From: Takakia lepidozioides
Taxonomy: Eukaryota > Plantae > Bryophyta
Direction of reading: 5' to 3'
Length of the DNA stretch: 64,000 nt
NCBI GenBank assembly: GCA_030704615.1
Contig: CM060733.1
Location: 56,482,001-56,546,000, forward strand
Of this stretch, positions 36,076-49,195 are shown piece after piece. The notes below the pieces were generated by a model that was not told where the DNA came from, made no database searches, and worked only from the letters and a program-made list of their open reading frames with translations. Position 1 is the stretch's first letter; each line of letters opens with the position of its first letter. The position numbers and the translations under genes are program-made.

Positions 36076-37734
36076 TTCGTGAAGAGGGAGCTGCTGACAG
36101 AGTTGCTGAAAACTAGCAGTAGATGGGAGGGCATTCCACAACTTGCAAACTGACTTAGAGCGGACAAGACTTCAATATCGCACACAGGCCAACACTACCT
36201 CATTAACTCGAAAGGAAGTCTGCTCCAAATCTCCTCCTCCATATCGCCAGAGGCAGTTTCGGAGTCAAAACCTCTCCAACTGTGTTCTTGTGATCCTAAC
36301 CTTAACAGAGCTTGGGGGGGAAAAGTTAAGGGAAAGAAAGTCTCGGCCTTGAGCCTCCCCGAATTGGCCAAACTCTATTAAGACTATCGAGCATAGAAGA
36401 ACTAAGTGAGTAGAAGTGATTTAGTGAGAGCAGGTTAAGCTCACCCTTCGTTATATGCATGTATGTATGTGCAGCCTCGTGCAGTGCGTTCCCGCCCTGC
36501 TTACGGCCTAAAAGACAGATATTGCTGGGATTTCTTTCCTACCTCAACGGCCCAGATTATCTTGATTGGATGGTGCAATTTAGTTGTTCTCATTTTCTTG
36601 ACCTCCCCTTACTCTCTCCATGAAAAGATATGTAAAAGAAAAATCAAAGGAGGAAATACTACTTTGGAGTGCTAATCCCTTGGCCCAATGTTTCAACTGT
36701 ATGCTGGATATCTCTACAGGAGTGCATCATGCTCAATAGAAATGAAAGCAATGACCTTTGAAATGTCTGAGAACTGCAAGAAAAGCTGGCTTGTAGTATG
36801 ATGGTATTTCTCACAGGTATTCCTCACAAAATCTCAGAAGTCTGAATTGCTCAGACACTACCCAGATGGAAAAACACCAATCACCTTCAAACCAAAACTC
36901 TTTTCAATCGCCACTAAAGACCCAAGGAGAGTATGGAGTTGCAGGCCAAGTTAGAGGCGAACTCTACCATAGATTATAAACGGAGGTAGAGAAATTGAGT
37001 GCAGCCTGCACATTGATGTGATGAAGTTGGGCTGGCCCTTGGTGGACTTGTCAACAATGCCACTCCAGTGCATTGATTCAGCCTAAAGGAAAGCTAAAGG
37101 TAGTAATTTTCCATGATCAGCAAGTCAGCGAAACACAGCAGTGGTTGATGTTTGAACGCATTTTCAGCACAATTGTCTCCCCATTAGATAGGCGTCCCTG
37201 GTTGTATTGGGATCTTGGCGAAGAACTGGCTTGTTCCGCTTTTTGCGGCTCTTGCTTTTGTATTGACCTGTGTCACAGGTGTGTCTCAGGCTACAATCCA
37301 GTTTGCAGCAGCGTGAACTTCGAAGGCCAGATGCAAAGCCTGATCTATAATCTTCAAATCTTTAGCAAGTAGCTCCATCTGTATTTACTGTAACGTGAAG
37401 ATAGAAGGCATATTGTGTGGTCCAATCCCTGCCATAGCGTGCTCTCTCTCCAGATATTCTAAACCACCTGGTCTTTGACTGTAACTAGCAACGCTGAAAT
37501 TGGCGTCAATGGCCATTTGACATTTGGGAACTGACAGAACTGGCTGTGGGGGCCCCAGCGAGATTCTTCCCTAAATCGCCTTAACTTGGCGCGTAGCTGT
37601 AAAATTCAGGCTATACGAAACTGACTATTTGATGTACAAGCTGGGAAAAATCATGCTAGAACACACAAGTTCAGCTGCAGACCCCAACAAAAAAAAAATC
37701 TGTGACATGCATGAGAGAAAGAAAGAAGAAAGAA

Positions 37735-38090
37735 ATTTGGTACAACTGCAGCTCTGACCATGTGGACCTCTTTGCCCTTTTCCAGAGCTGCCAGGCTTGC
37801 ACACGCATTGCTATGCATAGAAACGTGATGTGGTTGGGCTTCACCCCTTGCCAAGGTCTCCAAAGCCCCCATACCACGTCCCTGCTGTGGATACCCTGCA
37901 AGCATCGTCTTCAATGACACCACATCTCGTTCAGCCATAGTGTTGAAAACTCCCTTTGCATCCTTAATGCACCCACGTTTGGCATACATGTCCACCAGGG
38001 TAGTGTTCACAATGACATCTGGTACAATTCCAGCTTTGACGATGTCACCTTGCACCTCTTTGCCCTTTTTCAGGGCTGCCAGGCTTGCAA
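37735..38090 (-). pseudogene. Isolated PLS-PPR fragment
   Basis: GDIVKAGIVPDVIVNTTLVDMYAKRGCIKDAKGVFNTMAERDVVS; very similar to 3040-3480. Confidence 0.85.
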
Positions 38091-40680
38091 GTCCACGGAA
38101 GGCCCAGAGGTCGCGTCACACAGTACAACAGCGCAAAGCACCACAGAAACCTAAAACAGACCAACCCCAAAGGTTGCGCAAAGATAGAATTCCTCAGTCA
38201 TGTAAGAGAGACAGGCTTGTACTCTTCAGATTGTATTTGACTCAGAGTCTACTCGTTTTGTGTTTATGTATCGGAGTGTTGGTTTAGAGTCTCATGCTGA
38301 AAGAAAAGTGACTTTGTCTCCTCTTTGAAGCCTATGTACACCTACCAGGAGCCCTGAAAGTTCCATACATGGCATCATATCGCGGACATGAATACTCGAG
38401 AAAATATCACACGAAGCGTACGCAGATAGAGCATGCGGGTGGACTCTGCTTTCATCATCACCATTCGCACAGAAGCACTAAACAATCGCCGCCTCTTGGG
38501 TGGTGTTCTTCTTGGAGCCCCGCTGTTGTTTGGGTGGGGAAGAATGCAGACGCGATGGTGGTGACAAGCTGCCATCTTCCTGCAGTGACGGCCTGCAAAC
38601 TCTGTCTCGGAGTATAGTTGACTTCGGTCCCTTTCTGTTGCGGAATCTCTTTCGCACGGGCTGGAGATTGGAGGAAATCTGTTGGAGACAGGGCGTGCGT
38701 AGAGGCAACCACCCATCGCCTGGATCTCGTGTTCAGCTTGCCGTCAAGCAGACCTGCCGGCAAAGCACCTGTTGGGGTGCCCTTGGAAAATGGTCTGGAC
38801 CCAACTTGTTCTTCTGTGTTGCGTTTTTCTTCAGGCACGTTCTCCCCATCTCGTCCGTGTTCTTGTGCTTGTTTTTGTTTGGGCCCCGCGCTTGTGCCTC
38901 GATTGACTGGTCATGTTTACAATCTGGGGTTGGTATTGAGTCAATCGAAGAGGATCAAGCAACCATCATGCCATTTGAGAGCAATCAAAGTAGGTGACGG
39001 TTCTGGTCTATGTTTTTAGCTTCTCTAAGGTTGGAGCAAGAATTTGTCCGGGTATAAGGTTCCAGATCACACGGGGAGTTCTGGACAAGCCACTTTGGCC
39101 TTAATGCAAAGAATGGAGGGAAATCGACATACCATGGCTGTTTCTCGACTGTTGTGGGCTTCATTGCCGTGAAATTAGCAACACTCTGTTACTGTTCATC
39201 ATATCACATGGACCAAAACCAACGACACTGGTCTATGGTGGCCCTAGTTATAGCATACATTTTGTAAAATCCATCTGGAGTTAGAAGTCCTCCCAACCTC
39301 CAATTTCTACATATTAGCTCCATTTTCAGCTTCTTGTTGTTCTTGTCTTCCTCTTGTGAGATTTTAGCGTATACATATGAAGGGTTGCTAAGCCTATCTT
39401 CCTTGAGCATCCTTGATGTACCTCCAACTGAATGTAAATGCAAGTGAATGTGTTTCTCATAGTTCTCAGATTGTCTGAGAAAATTCTGGGTGCTCTCTCC
39501 CTCTCTCTCTATGTTACAAGGTCCAATTATGTGTTTGTGCTTGCTAGATCATCAGTTGAAGCTGGCAAATGTACCTATTTTGTATCTATATCACCAGGAA
39601 GCAAGGAGCATAGAGACTGTAAAATTGAACATGCCAAGCACTGCGGGGAGCCAGTAGAAGTCACTCAATTTACTTTGTTTCAATGAAGAAGATATGATCC
39701 ATGGGCAAGGATGTTTGGCCTGTGACTCTATTCATAACAGCGACAATAACACTGCTTATAAGAAATTAGCCAAGGGAAAGGGAAGTGATTTGGAAGGGAA
39801 ATTCTGAAGGCCTCTATTCCTGCAGGTGCTTAAGGCAGTGTATGGTGAGGCGATAAAGAAAGTAGTGGGGAACCAGACAGCACACACTCCATGAGTGGCC
39901 CAAAATTTTGGTGAGCATAAAGCCAAAAGTGAATATTATGTGAGCAAATTCTACATACAAAGATTTGTCTCACTCACGATGATCATAAGACTAAATCTGA
40001 CCATCTTGTTGACTTCATGTAAGGTCGGTGGCAGGTGCAGAAGAACTCATGTATGTTTTTGACTTGAAGTTTTGGTTGAAATTAGGTGGAATTAGGTTCG
40101 ACATCATGTGGTTCTTGTAGAGAACCACACACACCTAGCCCGAGATTAGATCCAAACCATGGTGCCAAAGCAAAATTACAGCAGTTTTCCTCCAAACTTG
40201 CAGGTTTGATTGTATCAAGGTTCAGTCCCCACCTGAAGTTGATGCTATGTGACTTTGAGAGCACAACATTACGGGTCGTTTCACTTGTGCAACATCTGAT
40301 TGGGTTACTTTTTGATGTGTGTATTGGAGTCATTACTCTGTACATACTTAGATGGTAACTCACATTTCCAAGTAGATTACATCCCTGGGTGCCCTAGCGT
40401 GACCAAGCTCAGGTAGCCCCATGACTGGAGTGACATCTGTACATGTAGATTTAAAGGATTTAGATAATTTGACTACCAAATATCTTGACTTAACAATAGG
40501 TCTGTTAGGAAAATTTCAAAAACAGATTCCTTTGTGTCACAATGGTTTCATAGCTAATACTAGCACTGGTATGGGAAGTTCATAGATCCCATCACTGACC
40601 ATGCTGTGTTTCTGTACACATGATGAAATTAATAGTGGACAATAAGAAAGTGACAGAGGCTGAAACTGGAGTGTTTCTAA

Positions 40681-43600
40681 TCAATACACAGGGCAAGGGG
40701 CTCCTACATCAATGCCAGGATATGTAGGGCATGCTGCAAGGCTACATCCATCAACATTATTTCCCCACCAGGTCATTGTCTTCTTTTCGAGGCCGAGAAC
40801 AAGGTAGACAAAGACCGCCATGAATGCAAGCCCAGCATCAAGGCCCCCAGAGAGTACGTAATTGTAACGCCGCCACCAGGCTTTCCGATATTTGTACACA
40901 AAGTAATTGAAGATGAACCCAACTATGAACCATGAGATGTAGTTGACTGATGTCGCAGGTGGCATATTTGCAGTGGCCCCCAGCAAGATAGGCATGTTGA
41001 TAAGAGTGAACAACTTTACTGTCGGGAACGTCTTATGCAAGCACCACACAGGGAGGGGTGCAAGGGCACCTATAAGGAAAAACCAGTTCATTGCTTTGTA
41101 CTGGCCAAGAGAGCCGAAGATTCGCTTGGGGCCCACAAGGCCCCAGATGACTGATGCATCGAAAAACACCCGATCACCTGGACATGTCCAAGGGCTGTTT
41201 GCAGGGAGCAAACTTTTATCACAAATGTTGGTAATTGTATCCAGCAGCCACCAAGCCACACCCATGTTCACTAGCCCAGCTAACATTGTGCCTATGATCT
41301 GCAGGCCACACCCAGCATAGTTCTGAGTTCGAATACACATAAGATCCATGCACACGACTATTGGTCAATCAATGTACCCACCCAAAACACAAACTGCAGA
41401 GACAACCATGAGCATTTGACGATTCCAACGAAGCTCAGCGAGCATGCATAAGATCCAAGAAAGAAATTGACGAAAGGAGAGAGAGAGGACAGGGCAGGGT
41501 CTTTAAAACATGAACCTGGACAATGAACATTGAGCGAGGTGGGATTTTCATGTAGTGCCCCAACTTGAAGTCTTGCAAGAAGGAAATAGCCTGCGACATA
41601 CTGATATAGCCGTATGTTTTGAAGCAAACATTTGCAATTGGTCGGCCTGGCAAAATGTAACCCATCATATACTCTGTGATGATATTCAACCCAGGAGTCT
41701 GCGCATCCAATTCAACACAACAGTCAACTGGCAAGAAGGATCTGTGGTTGGTAACAAGGCCTCAGGATACACCAAGGTCCACTACAGTGACACATGAGGT
41801 TTCTAGCAAAGGCCAATCAATGAATCAATTGGATTCCTGGCCTGTAAACTCATCATACAAGCCACTGTTCTAGGTTAGATCTGCATACCGAATTTTTCAA
41901 CTCACATGCATAAGCTCACTCACACCTGATTAGTAGTTGCAGTGATGACTCCAATTGGCAGCGTGAAGATAGAGGCAAGACCACAGGCCAATAGTACACC
42001 CCACCATGGCAACTGCAGTTGGCGCTTGTAGCCCTCAACTGTCCAGATCGATGCAAGTACGGTGACAACCATAAGTACCAGGAACCAGGTGTTCGGGATG
42101 TCCTTATACCTTTGCATCAATCGTGTGTGCACATCAGGCCTGTACTCCTTTGCTGCAGCCCGACTCCGCGTCCATATTTCCCTGCAAAACAAAGTGGTCA
42201 TGCAACTTGCTGAGTTTCGTTACAAAATGAAAGTATTTGGTTCTCCCTCTAACATCTAAGGATGTGGAATTGGAGCGGGAGAAGAGGTGGTATCCCATTG
42301 ATCAATTGCTAAGAATATGGGCTATGACATACCCCTATTGGTTGTGGGGTTTTGACCCTCTTGAGTATGAAAGGCTCAACCTGTCACTGCCATAGTGACT
42401 GTACACAGCAAACAGACACAGAAGAAAAATTCACCTGCCATGGAAGAGTGCAACATGGGACAATGTGGCAGTGACTGCTGCAAACCCAAAGCCATACGTG
42501 ATCGCAAAGAACGTGCTCAAATGGATGGGGCCAGCTGCCTCATAGGCAGTTATATTCAGGTCAAATTTTGCATCCACCACACTCGTGACATCGTAATAAG
42601 CTCCATTTGACTGAAAGAGGTGACTGGAGAAGATAGGGAATTTCTTGGCGTCATACACATTGGAAAAGTAAGTAGCCGGCGTGACCACATACATCACAAG
42701 TATGAAACCCACCAGGACGTTGGCAATGGCGAAGAAGGGGGTCACAAGCGGACTCAGAAGAAAAGACGTAGTTGTTGCCCAGTCCACGCTTATAGTGCCC
42801 AATCCAAGGCCAGACATACCTGAACCAAGTTGCTGGGCTGTGACGGAATTTGGCCATGCCCAGCATACCCACGACAGAGATGTCAACATCATGAAGAAAT
42901 AGCCCGGAAGAAGGTACCATGTGAAGCTTATAATCATGACAATCGTGAAGAACTGGACTCGCTTCAACCCCTTGATGACCTCTTTCTCATGAAGTGTCCT
43001 GAGAGAAACAGAAGAGAAGCAAGTGAGGTTCGGTGATATGTCAACTGACACGAAATAACATTCAGACCATTTCCATATTTATGGAACATTTTGACACTAC
43101 AAGATGCGGCAACAAGCACTACCTTACCAGGACCTCCTCCCTCTCTCTCAGGTTCGAAAGAAATCACAAAACCTGCAATATTGGGTCTAGATTCCTGCTG
43201 CCGATTATCTGTTCAATTCATGCCATGATCAGCAGGAACCAACTTGGCACAGAGATAGGCACAGCTATAAACTAAAGCATACCAAAAGGTCTTCCTACCA
43301 GCATTTTTTAGTCTCATAGAAGAAAGAAAGGACCTTTACAATGTCCACAGGGAGGGAGAGAGATCTGGGAAAGGGCCTCCAGGCCCCGTGTGACTGAAAG
43401 CACATCAATCGTAGATAATACAAAGTGGGTCCTTCACAATGATAGAATCTTACAGCCTACTTACTTGCCTGCAAGTCTCTCTCAATCTCTTTTAAGGGCA
43501 TTGGGAAGGTCTAGGTGGGCTCTCACAGTCTGCTGATAGAGACTGGTAGGTGGGACAACCTGAAGGGTGCTGTCCACTTGTGCCCTGCTTGTGCTAGAGA

Positions 43601-45412
43601 TGACAGAACGGAGATTGAAACTGAAGAAACTTTTTCTTCCAATCCCATCTCTACTATGAGATCCCAGGCACTCCAAGATAGCCAGTCCCTTATACAGGTG
43701 TTCCACTATGAGGATCAGAAATGCTTTATAGCATGTCTGCATGAGGCATTACATCTTTTTTCTTGTATCCTACTTTCTGGGCTGCGCCTGCAGAGGGCCC
43801 CTCTCTATTTCTTGTTTCATGTCCCATAAACTTTGACCTTTCCTCGTTATAAAGTGACTTTCATTCTTTCTTTCTGGTGTCCTGCAGACGAAATTAATTC
43901 TTTTTCTTTCTGCTCTCTCTCTCTGTGCACACTTTGTGTACTTGGAAAAAATTGTAGACCTCACCCAAAAGCTATCAGTGACAGAGTTCAACATGAATCC
44001 ATCTCCACTTAGGCTGCATGGCCAACGGAGGAGTACCTGAAGATGGAGACTTGTACCAAGTTGGCAGGCCACCACATATGTGCAGGCTCCACCAGATATT
44101 TGCGAAGAAGCCCTGCCCAGCCATAGCCCAACACCTGCCAACTCCCCAAGACAGAGAGTGGTTCGTGCAAGGTTAGGGAGGCCAAAACTGTTTTGAGATC
44201 CCATACAAACTTCCTTGTGTAAACTGGACCCTAATTACAGCTCTCATGAAAATAGCATCAAACTTCTTTCTTCTGGAATTCCTTCTGTGTTCACCTTTTA
44301 TGCTCCTACTGAACTAGGCACAGGGTCCATGGCCACCAGGCTACAGCCAGAAAAAACTAATGTCTCTCTCTCCTACTCACGTTGGCACCAAGGCATGATA
44401 AACACATGAATCTCTCCATCTCTCCAGTCTCCAGTGAACCTGAAAGGCATGCAGCCCAAACTTCAATTTTCTCAAATAAGAGAATAGTAGAAGTACACTG
44501 TGAGAGCATTCTTACATTCAAGAAGGAAAACTCTTCGAGACCTTCTGCTAGCACCCAGAAAGACTATGTCGCCAACTCCCAACAAACCAAGAGCCCATTT
44601 TGGAAAACTCAGATTTCTCAAACCATACATCTCGAACTGGGTTGTTTCGAAATGTCACCTGATCTCGTATCCTTAAGTGGGAATCATTTTTTATGATGAA
44701 TATTCTACTACAATAGTATGAAGAAGAAGACGAAGAAGAAGAGCTCATGGGTGCTAGTTTCAACCTGGGTGGTTATCACGATAAGAAGGCCAGCAAGAAA
44801 GTCAATTTTGCGCTTGTAAAAAGCTTTGGTAATGTCCACAATGTAGACTGCATATGCATCTCCGCTCCCGAAAGCGCTCCCAGCATTTGCAAAGATAGTG
44901 ATGAGGACATGCTCCTTGACGTTGAAAGGCCCTGGATTGAGCGAAAACTCCCAGTTTGTAAAAGGGAATTTCATCTTCCTCGTGGGCAATGTAGCTGCCA
45001 TGAATCTTCCCAGAGGCAAGGCTGCAATCTGTGCTGAGATTGCGGTGATGGTGAGAGGTTCGGTGCGATAAGCAAAGAATTGATTCAAAAACGACAAAAG
45101 AACACAAGAAAGTAGGCCTAGAGTCCACATCCGGAATGTCCACACTGGGAGATCAGCGTCATCCGTGGTGGGCACTGTGAGCGCGACCTGAGGTACGGGC
45201 GACTGATCATCAAGCTCATCCTTATAGTCCTCACTCCCAAATTTCAACCCATATTTCCCATCTCCATCTCCCTTCTTGCCATGCTTGTAACCACCCTTGG
45301 TCAGCTCAACCTCGGAACCCGTCTGTGCACCACCCTTTACACCTCGAGGCACAACATTCGCCTCCGCCCCGTTCCCAACACCGTCACCTACCTCATTCCC
45401 ATGTTGCCCCAT
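40681..45412 (-). CDS. OPT: Oligopeptide transporter (OPT family, OPT4-like), 6 exons
   Basis: Exons 45412-44765, 44134-44037, 42998-42435, 42181-41926, 41698-41516, 41298-40681; GT-AG and phase-consistent. Contains the signature motifs [10 protein letters not shown] and [14 protein letters not shown]. Confidence 0.95.
43470..43870 (+). mobile_element. LINE-B-related 3' fragment in OPT intron 2
   Basis: [29 protein letters not shown], ending gttataaagtgacttttcattc. Confidence 0.75.
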
Positions 45413-45888
45413 CTCACTCCAGATTCAAAGACAACCGAATGCTCTATATATATCTAAAGGATCGATGTGATGCCACTTTCAGAAGCGCATTGGACAATGT
45501 TAGCTTTCCTTCACCCTCAGACCACCACGGCAGCTTCACACCGATCTCCCAACCTCTCGCCTCACCCCGCAACACCAAATTGAGGCCAAGTATCGATCCA
45601 TCGACACACAGACAGACCAGCGAGGCCGCGTTGCATGAGTGTTACGGTGGTTCGGGTCAGCACTCAACACAGCAGTAGACCGCATCAAGCAAGGAGGAGG
45701 GGTAACAAGTAACAAGGTAATAAAAGGGTAAAGAATCTTTGAGATTCAGTTACCCTCCTTGCAACCCGGCACGTGCGCCTGCCCGCTGCCCACTTTTCGG
45801 CGCATACCATCTTTCCCTTTCACACAACTCGAGGATATTTTCCAGATTTTTCAAAAACAATTGGCAGAATTATCGCAAAAACTATTTG

Positions 45889-45970
45889 TAATAGCTCAGT
45901 TGGATACAGCACTGAGTGCCACCCAGGTGATACTGGGTTCAAATTCTACTACCTTGTCGGATGTGGTATG
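45889..45970 (+). mobile_element. SINE family 1 tRNA-like head
   Basis: TAGCTCAGTTGG ... GGTTCAAATTC; matches the head of 50661-50895. Confidence 0.6.
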
Positions 45971-46363
45971 ATATGTTTTTTCCTCCGAGTAAATTTTCTA
46001 TGTTGTTTTTTCTGTAAATAAGAATGTAAATATAGACCATATTTTGACGCAACGGTACCCTATAGCAGCCGATGACTTGTATTTCCGTTTGCAAACATAT
46101 TATCTTGAGGCGGCCGCTTGTCTTGTTGTGAGGTAGCCGCAAAATTACGGCAGCGGAGGGAGTTAAGGGCCAGGTTCAATGGGCACTCCCCATGACCGGG
46201 AGCCAACCAACTGCTCAATTTTCCTTCAAAAACAATCGCTACATAAATGGAATCTAATTCTGTGGCAACCATGATTTTTTCCTTGGCAGCTTCAAGCCAG
46301 ATATAGCTAACAGAAAATAATATATTCTTAAGTATATAGAAATAGAAACAATAATCTTGCAAG

Positions 46364-46435
46364 TAGGTAGCTCAGTTTGATAGAGCACTAACAAGTGCCA
46401 CCCAGGTGATTCTGGGTTCAAATCCTTCTACCTGT
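46364..46435 (+). mobile_element. SINE family 1 tRNA-like head
   Basis: TAGCTCAGTTTG ... GGTTCAAATCC. Confidence 0.6.
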
Positions 46436-48053
46436 GCTCTTACTTTGAAAGAGGTTCTTTTCTCCTCTAATTTGAGAGCGATTGCTCCCCGGGGGCAGAG
46501 TGGGGGGGGTGGGGGTGCCGGTGTGTTTATGTTTCCCTTTCCCCAGAGGCATAGACTGAAGGAAATGCGATTTCCGTCACAAGGTAAGTTTGGCCCGGAG
46601 GCCCCTGTAGCTCTATGTAAATATTCAACTATTCTCTAAATTGGAGTATGCCGGCCAAGCATCTTTTATGCAAGATTGTGTCTTTTCGGATGTCCAGGTG
46701 CACCAGTGGAAGATCCATGGGTTGTAGAAGGTCAATAATGGAAGCACTGATTTTTGGACAAGGCTCCCAAAAACAAGTTGGTGGTGTGAACGTGTGAACA
46801 GTCATCATGGTGGTTTTTTCGGTAGCCGGTTAGTAGGCTGTGGCGTTCACATAACAACATGTTGGGTTTGTGGGAATTGGGAACATTTGTGATTCAGATT
46901 CAAAATAATTTTTTGGGGAAATATCAATATATGAATGGAGGGGGTTTTTTTGTTGGCTCTTCCCTCAAGAAGAGATGCATCAATTTTGAAAAAGTGGGAT
47001 GATCCCGATATACCTACACCAGAAATTACCTAAAAATTACCTACAATGAGGATATAGCACTCTCGGATAAGCCCTATATTGTAGATATACCTACCCTAGT
47101 TAGTAAAATATTAATATGGAGGAGCTCCATAATCGTTCACTTAATGAGGTGTGTATCACATTAAATGCAGTGAAGAGCAAAAGGTGAGGAGTTCCAATCC
47201 TTCTAACAGAAATTTTTGAACATGTAAGCAACTAGGATGAAAAAAAGAAACTGCACATTAATCGCACATTAATAGCAGTCAAGATCATTCACATGTATAC
47301 AAAAAATATATAAAAATATATAATAAAGAAAATTACTCACCTTCAACAATGCAAGAACATGTTATTCAGCGTCCGGGAAATAATTTCAGTTGAACCAGCC
47401 AATGGCCCCTCATTCTGAGAACCAACCGGCTAAGTGGGTTGGGGAGTCGGTTGCTTCCCCTTAATGGTAACTGCAATAGTCAATTTCCTATGTGAACATA
47501 CTCGGTAAATTTCCGAAGGTTTCAATTTTCACTCGGAAATCCTCGGAATCAGTCGGCTAGCATGTAACTAGCTGCCGGTTCTCCCCGTTGGTTGATGTTA
47601 TTGCTTGGTGGTATGATGGTTGTGCCAGGTCGTAGAAGTAGAAGGGTCAAACCTTCTACTAAACTCAAAGCCAAGCATTAGATGGTGCCCTCGAGATGAA
47701 TGTGAGGGAGCCGGTTCAGCCAGCGTGGACCCCACGCCCACCCCGCCTCCATCGCCCGCGCACGCCCTCCCGCACCTCATGTTCCCGCTGCCAGGACATA
47801 GACGAGCCCTCTCCCGCATCCCCATTCCTCCTCCCATCCTGCCCTCATGCATGGCATCGCCCTTCATCCCCCATGCATGCCTTCATCCTCGCCATGCTAC
47901 ATGGTATCCCAATGCCCTCTAAATCGTGTCAAACTGGTTGCTTAGCTGCTCCTACTCGTTTTCACTACGCCGGTTTAGCATCTGTGTACATTTGGACATG
48001 TTCGTATGTCCTCGTTGTGGAGAGTCCAATGGAGCCCAAAGCGAGCAGCATGA

Positions 48054-48212
48054 ATGTTGTTGAAAGCTCACCAACACCCCTTCGTAAAGGAATTTGTCAA
48101 AATGTTGATGCTGCGGATTTTCGGGCACAAAAGTCTACCTTGGAGCACGGAGCGGAGCTGGCATGAGTTCTTCAAAGATCCTTCACGATGGTGGGACAAC
48201 CGTAATCGCAAG
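48054..48212 (+). pseudogene. OSB-like exon (WWDNR motif), apparently orphan
   Basis: STERSWHEFFKDPSRWWDNRNRK followed by GT; no downstream NP..PDFKHK exon was found. Confidence 0.55.
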
Positions 48213-49003
48213 GTCTCTGTCCCCTTTCCTTTTTAAAAACAAAATCAACAAGCATTTTAATATTTTAATGATTAGGAAATCCGAAGATCAGTTTTGTAAT
48301 ATCATACATCAATATTTAATTCATACATCAATAAGTTCTACCATGGCCTCTATCCCAGCTTTATGAAGAAATAAATAAATAATTTTTTCTCTTATAGAAA
48401 ACATGTTTAAAATGTAGTTTAAATATATTATTGTATTTTAATATAACATTTTAAGGAAATTTTGCACTTAAGAGTTTTAGGGTGGAGCCATTCAATACGC
48501 GACTAGCCGCTTGTTTTGTTTTGTTTTGTAGAGTTGAGATGTCCCAAACTGCGGGCCCCCCCACCCCGAGTGCTTGGTACCGTTGGAAAGCCCTCCATGA
48601 GGAGGTGCACCTAGTTGGTCTCATGATTTTTGGACTTGCAGTGTGGGAGATGTGGAATTTCAAGTACTTTGGGCCGCTGGAAATTCGGAAAAAATAGCAA
48701 ACTGGGCTCTCTTGGGACAATGGTTGGAGCCTCGACCGGAGATATATCATTAATAATTTGATGTATTGCTACTCGTAAAAAATAGCAAATTGGGCTTTCT
48801 TGGGACAATGATTGGATTACTCAATAAATTCATGGAAAACAATAAATTGAAGCTACTCTATGAAGCGAGGTTGTTGTTTAGTTTTTTCTGTCGAATTTCA
48901 AGTACTTTTGGTTGCTGGAAATTCGTGAAAAATAGCTCATGTTATGCGAACAGTTACAATGTTATAAAGACTATTCATTGCAGGTCAACCCTAGAAAAAC
49001 AAA

Positions 49004-49195
49004 AATCGTGGTTTTCAGTCGGGTATCGGCAGTTTAAGCCCTTGAAAAGTTATTTTTGCAGTGAGAAAATAAATCTGAAGGTACTCATATGCACCGTGCC
49101 TGTTAACATGCAATTCCTATGACCGCGGTTTGAAATCATTAACCCCTATGACCGCAGGTTGTGCTCAGCCATGCTCACAGAATACCAACCCCCCC
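49004..49195 (+). mobile_element. Partial copy (right end) of the MITE at 52040-52515
   Basis: ~190 bp nearly identical to 52309-52515. Confidence 0.75.

Noticed and set aside
36290-36340. LTR end-PPT-LTR start junction (ccttaaca..ggggggg..agttaagg)
   Set aside because: No repeated LTR sequence, PBS or TSD was found.
38369-39019. Overlapping 80-165 aa ORFs
   Set aside because: GC-richer stretch that is open in several frames with no motifs; likely spurious.
45889-46435. tRNA genes
   Set aside because: They match the SINE family 1 head and do not form a full cloverleaf.
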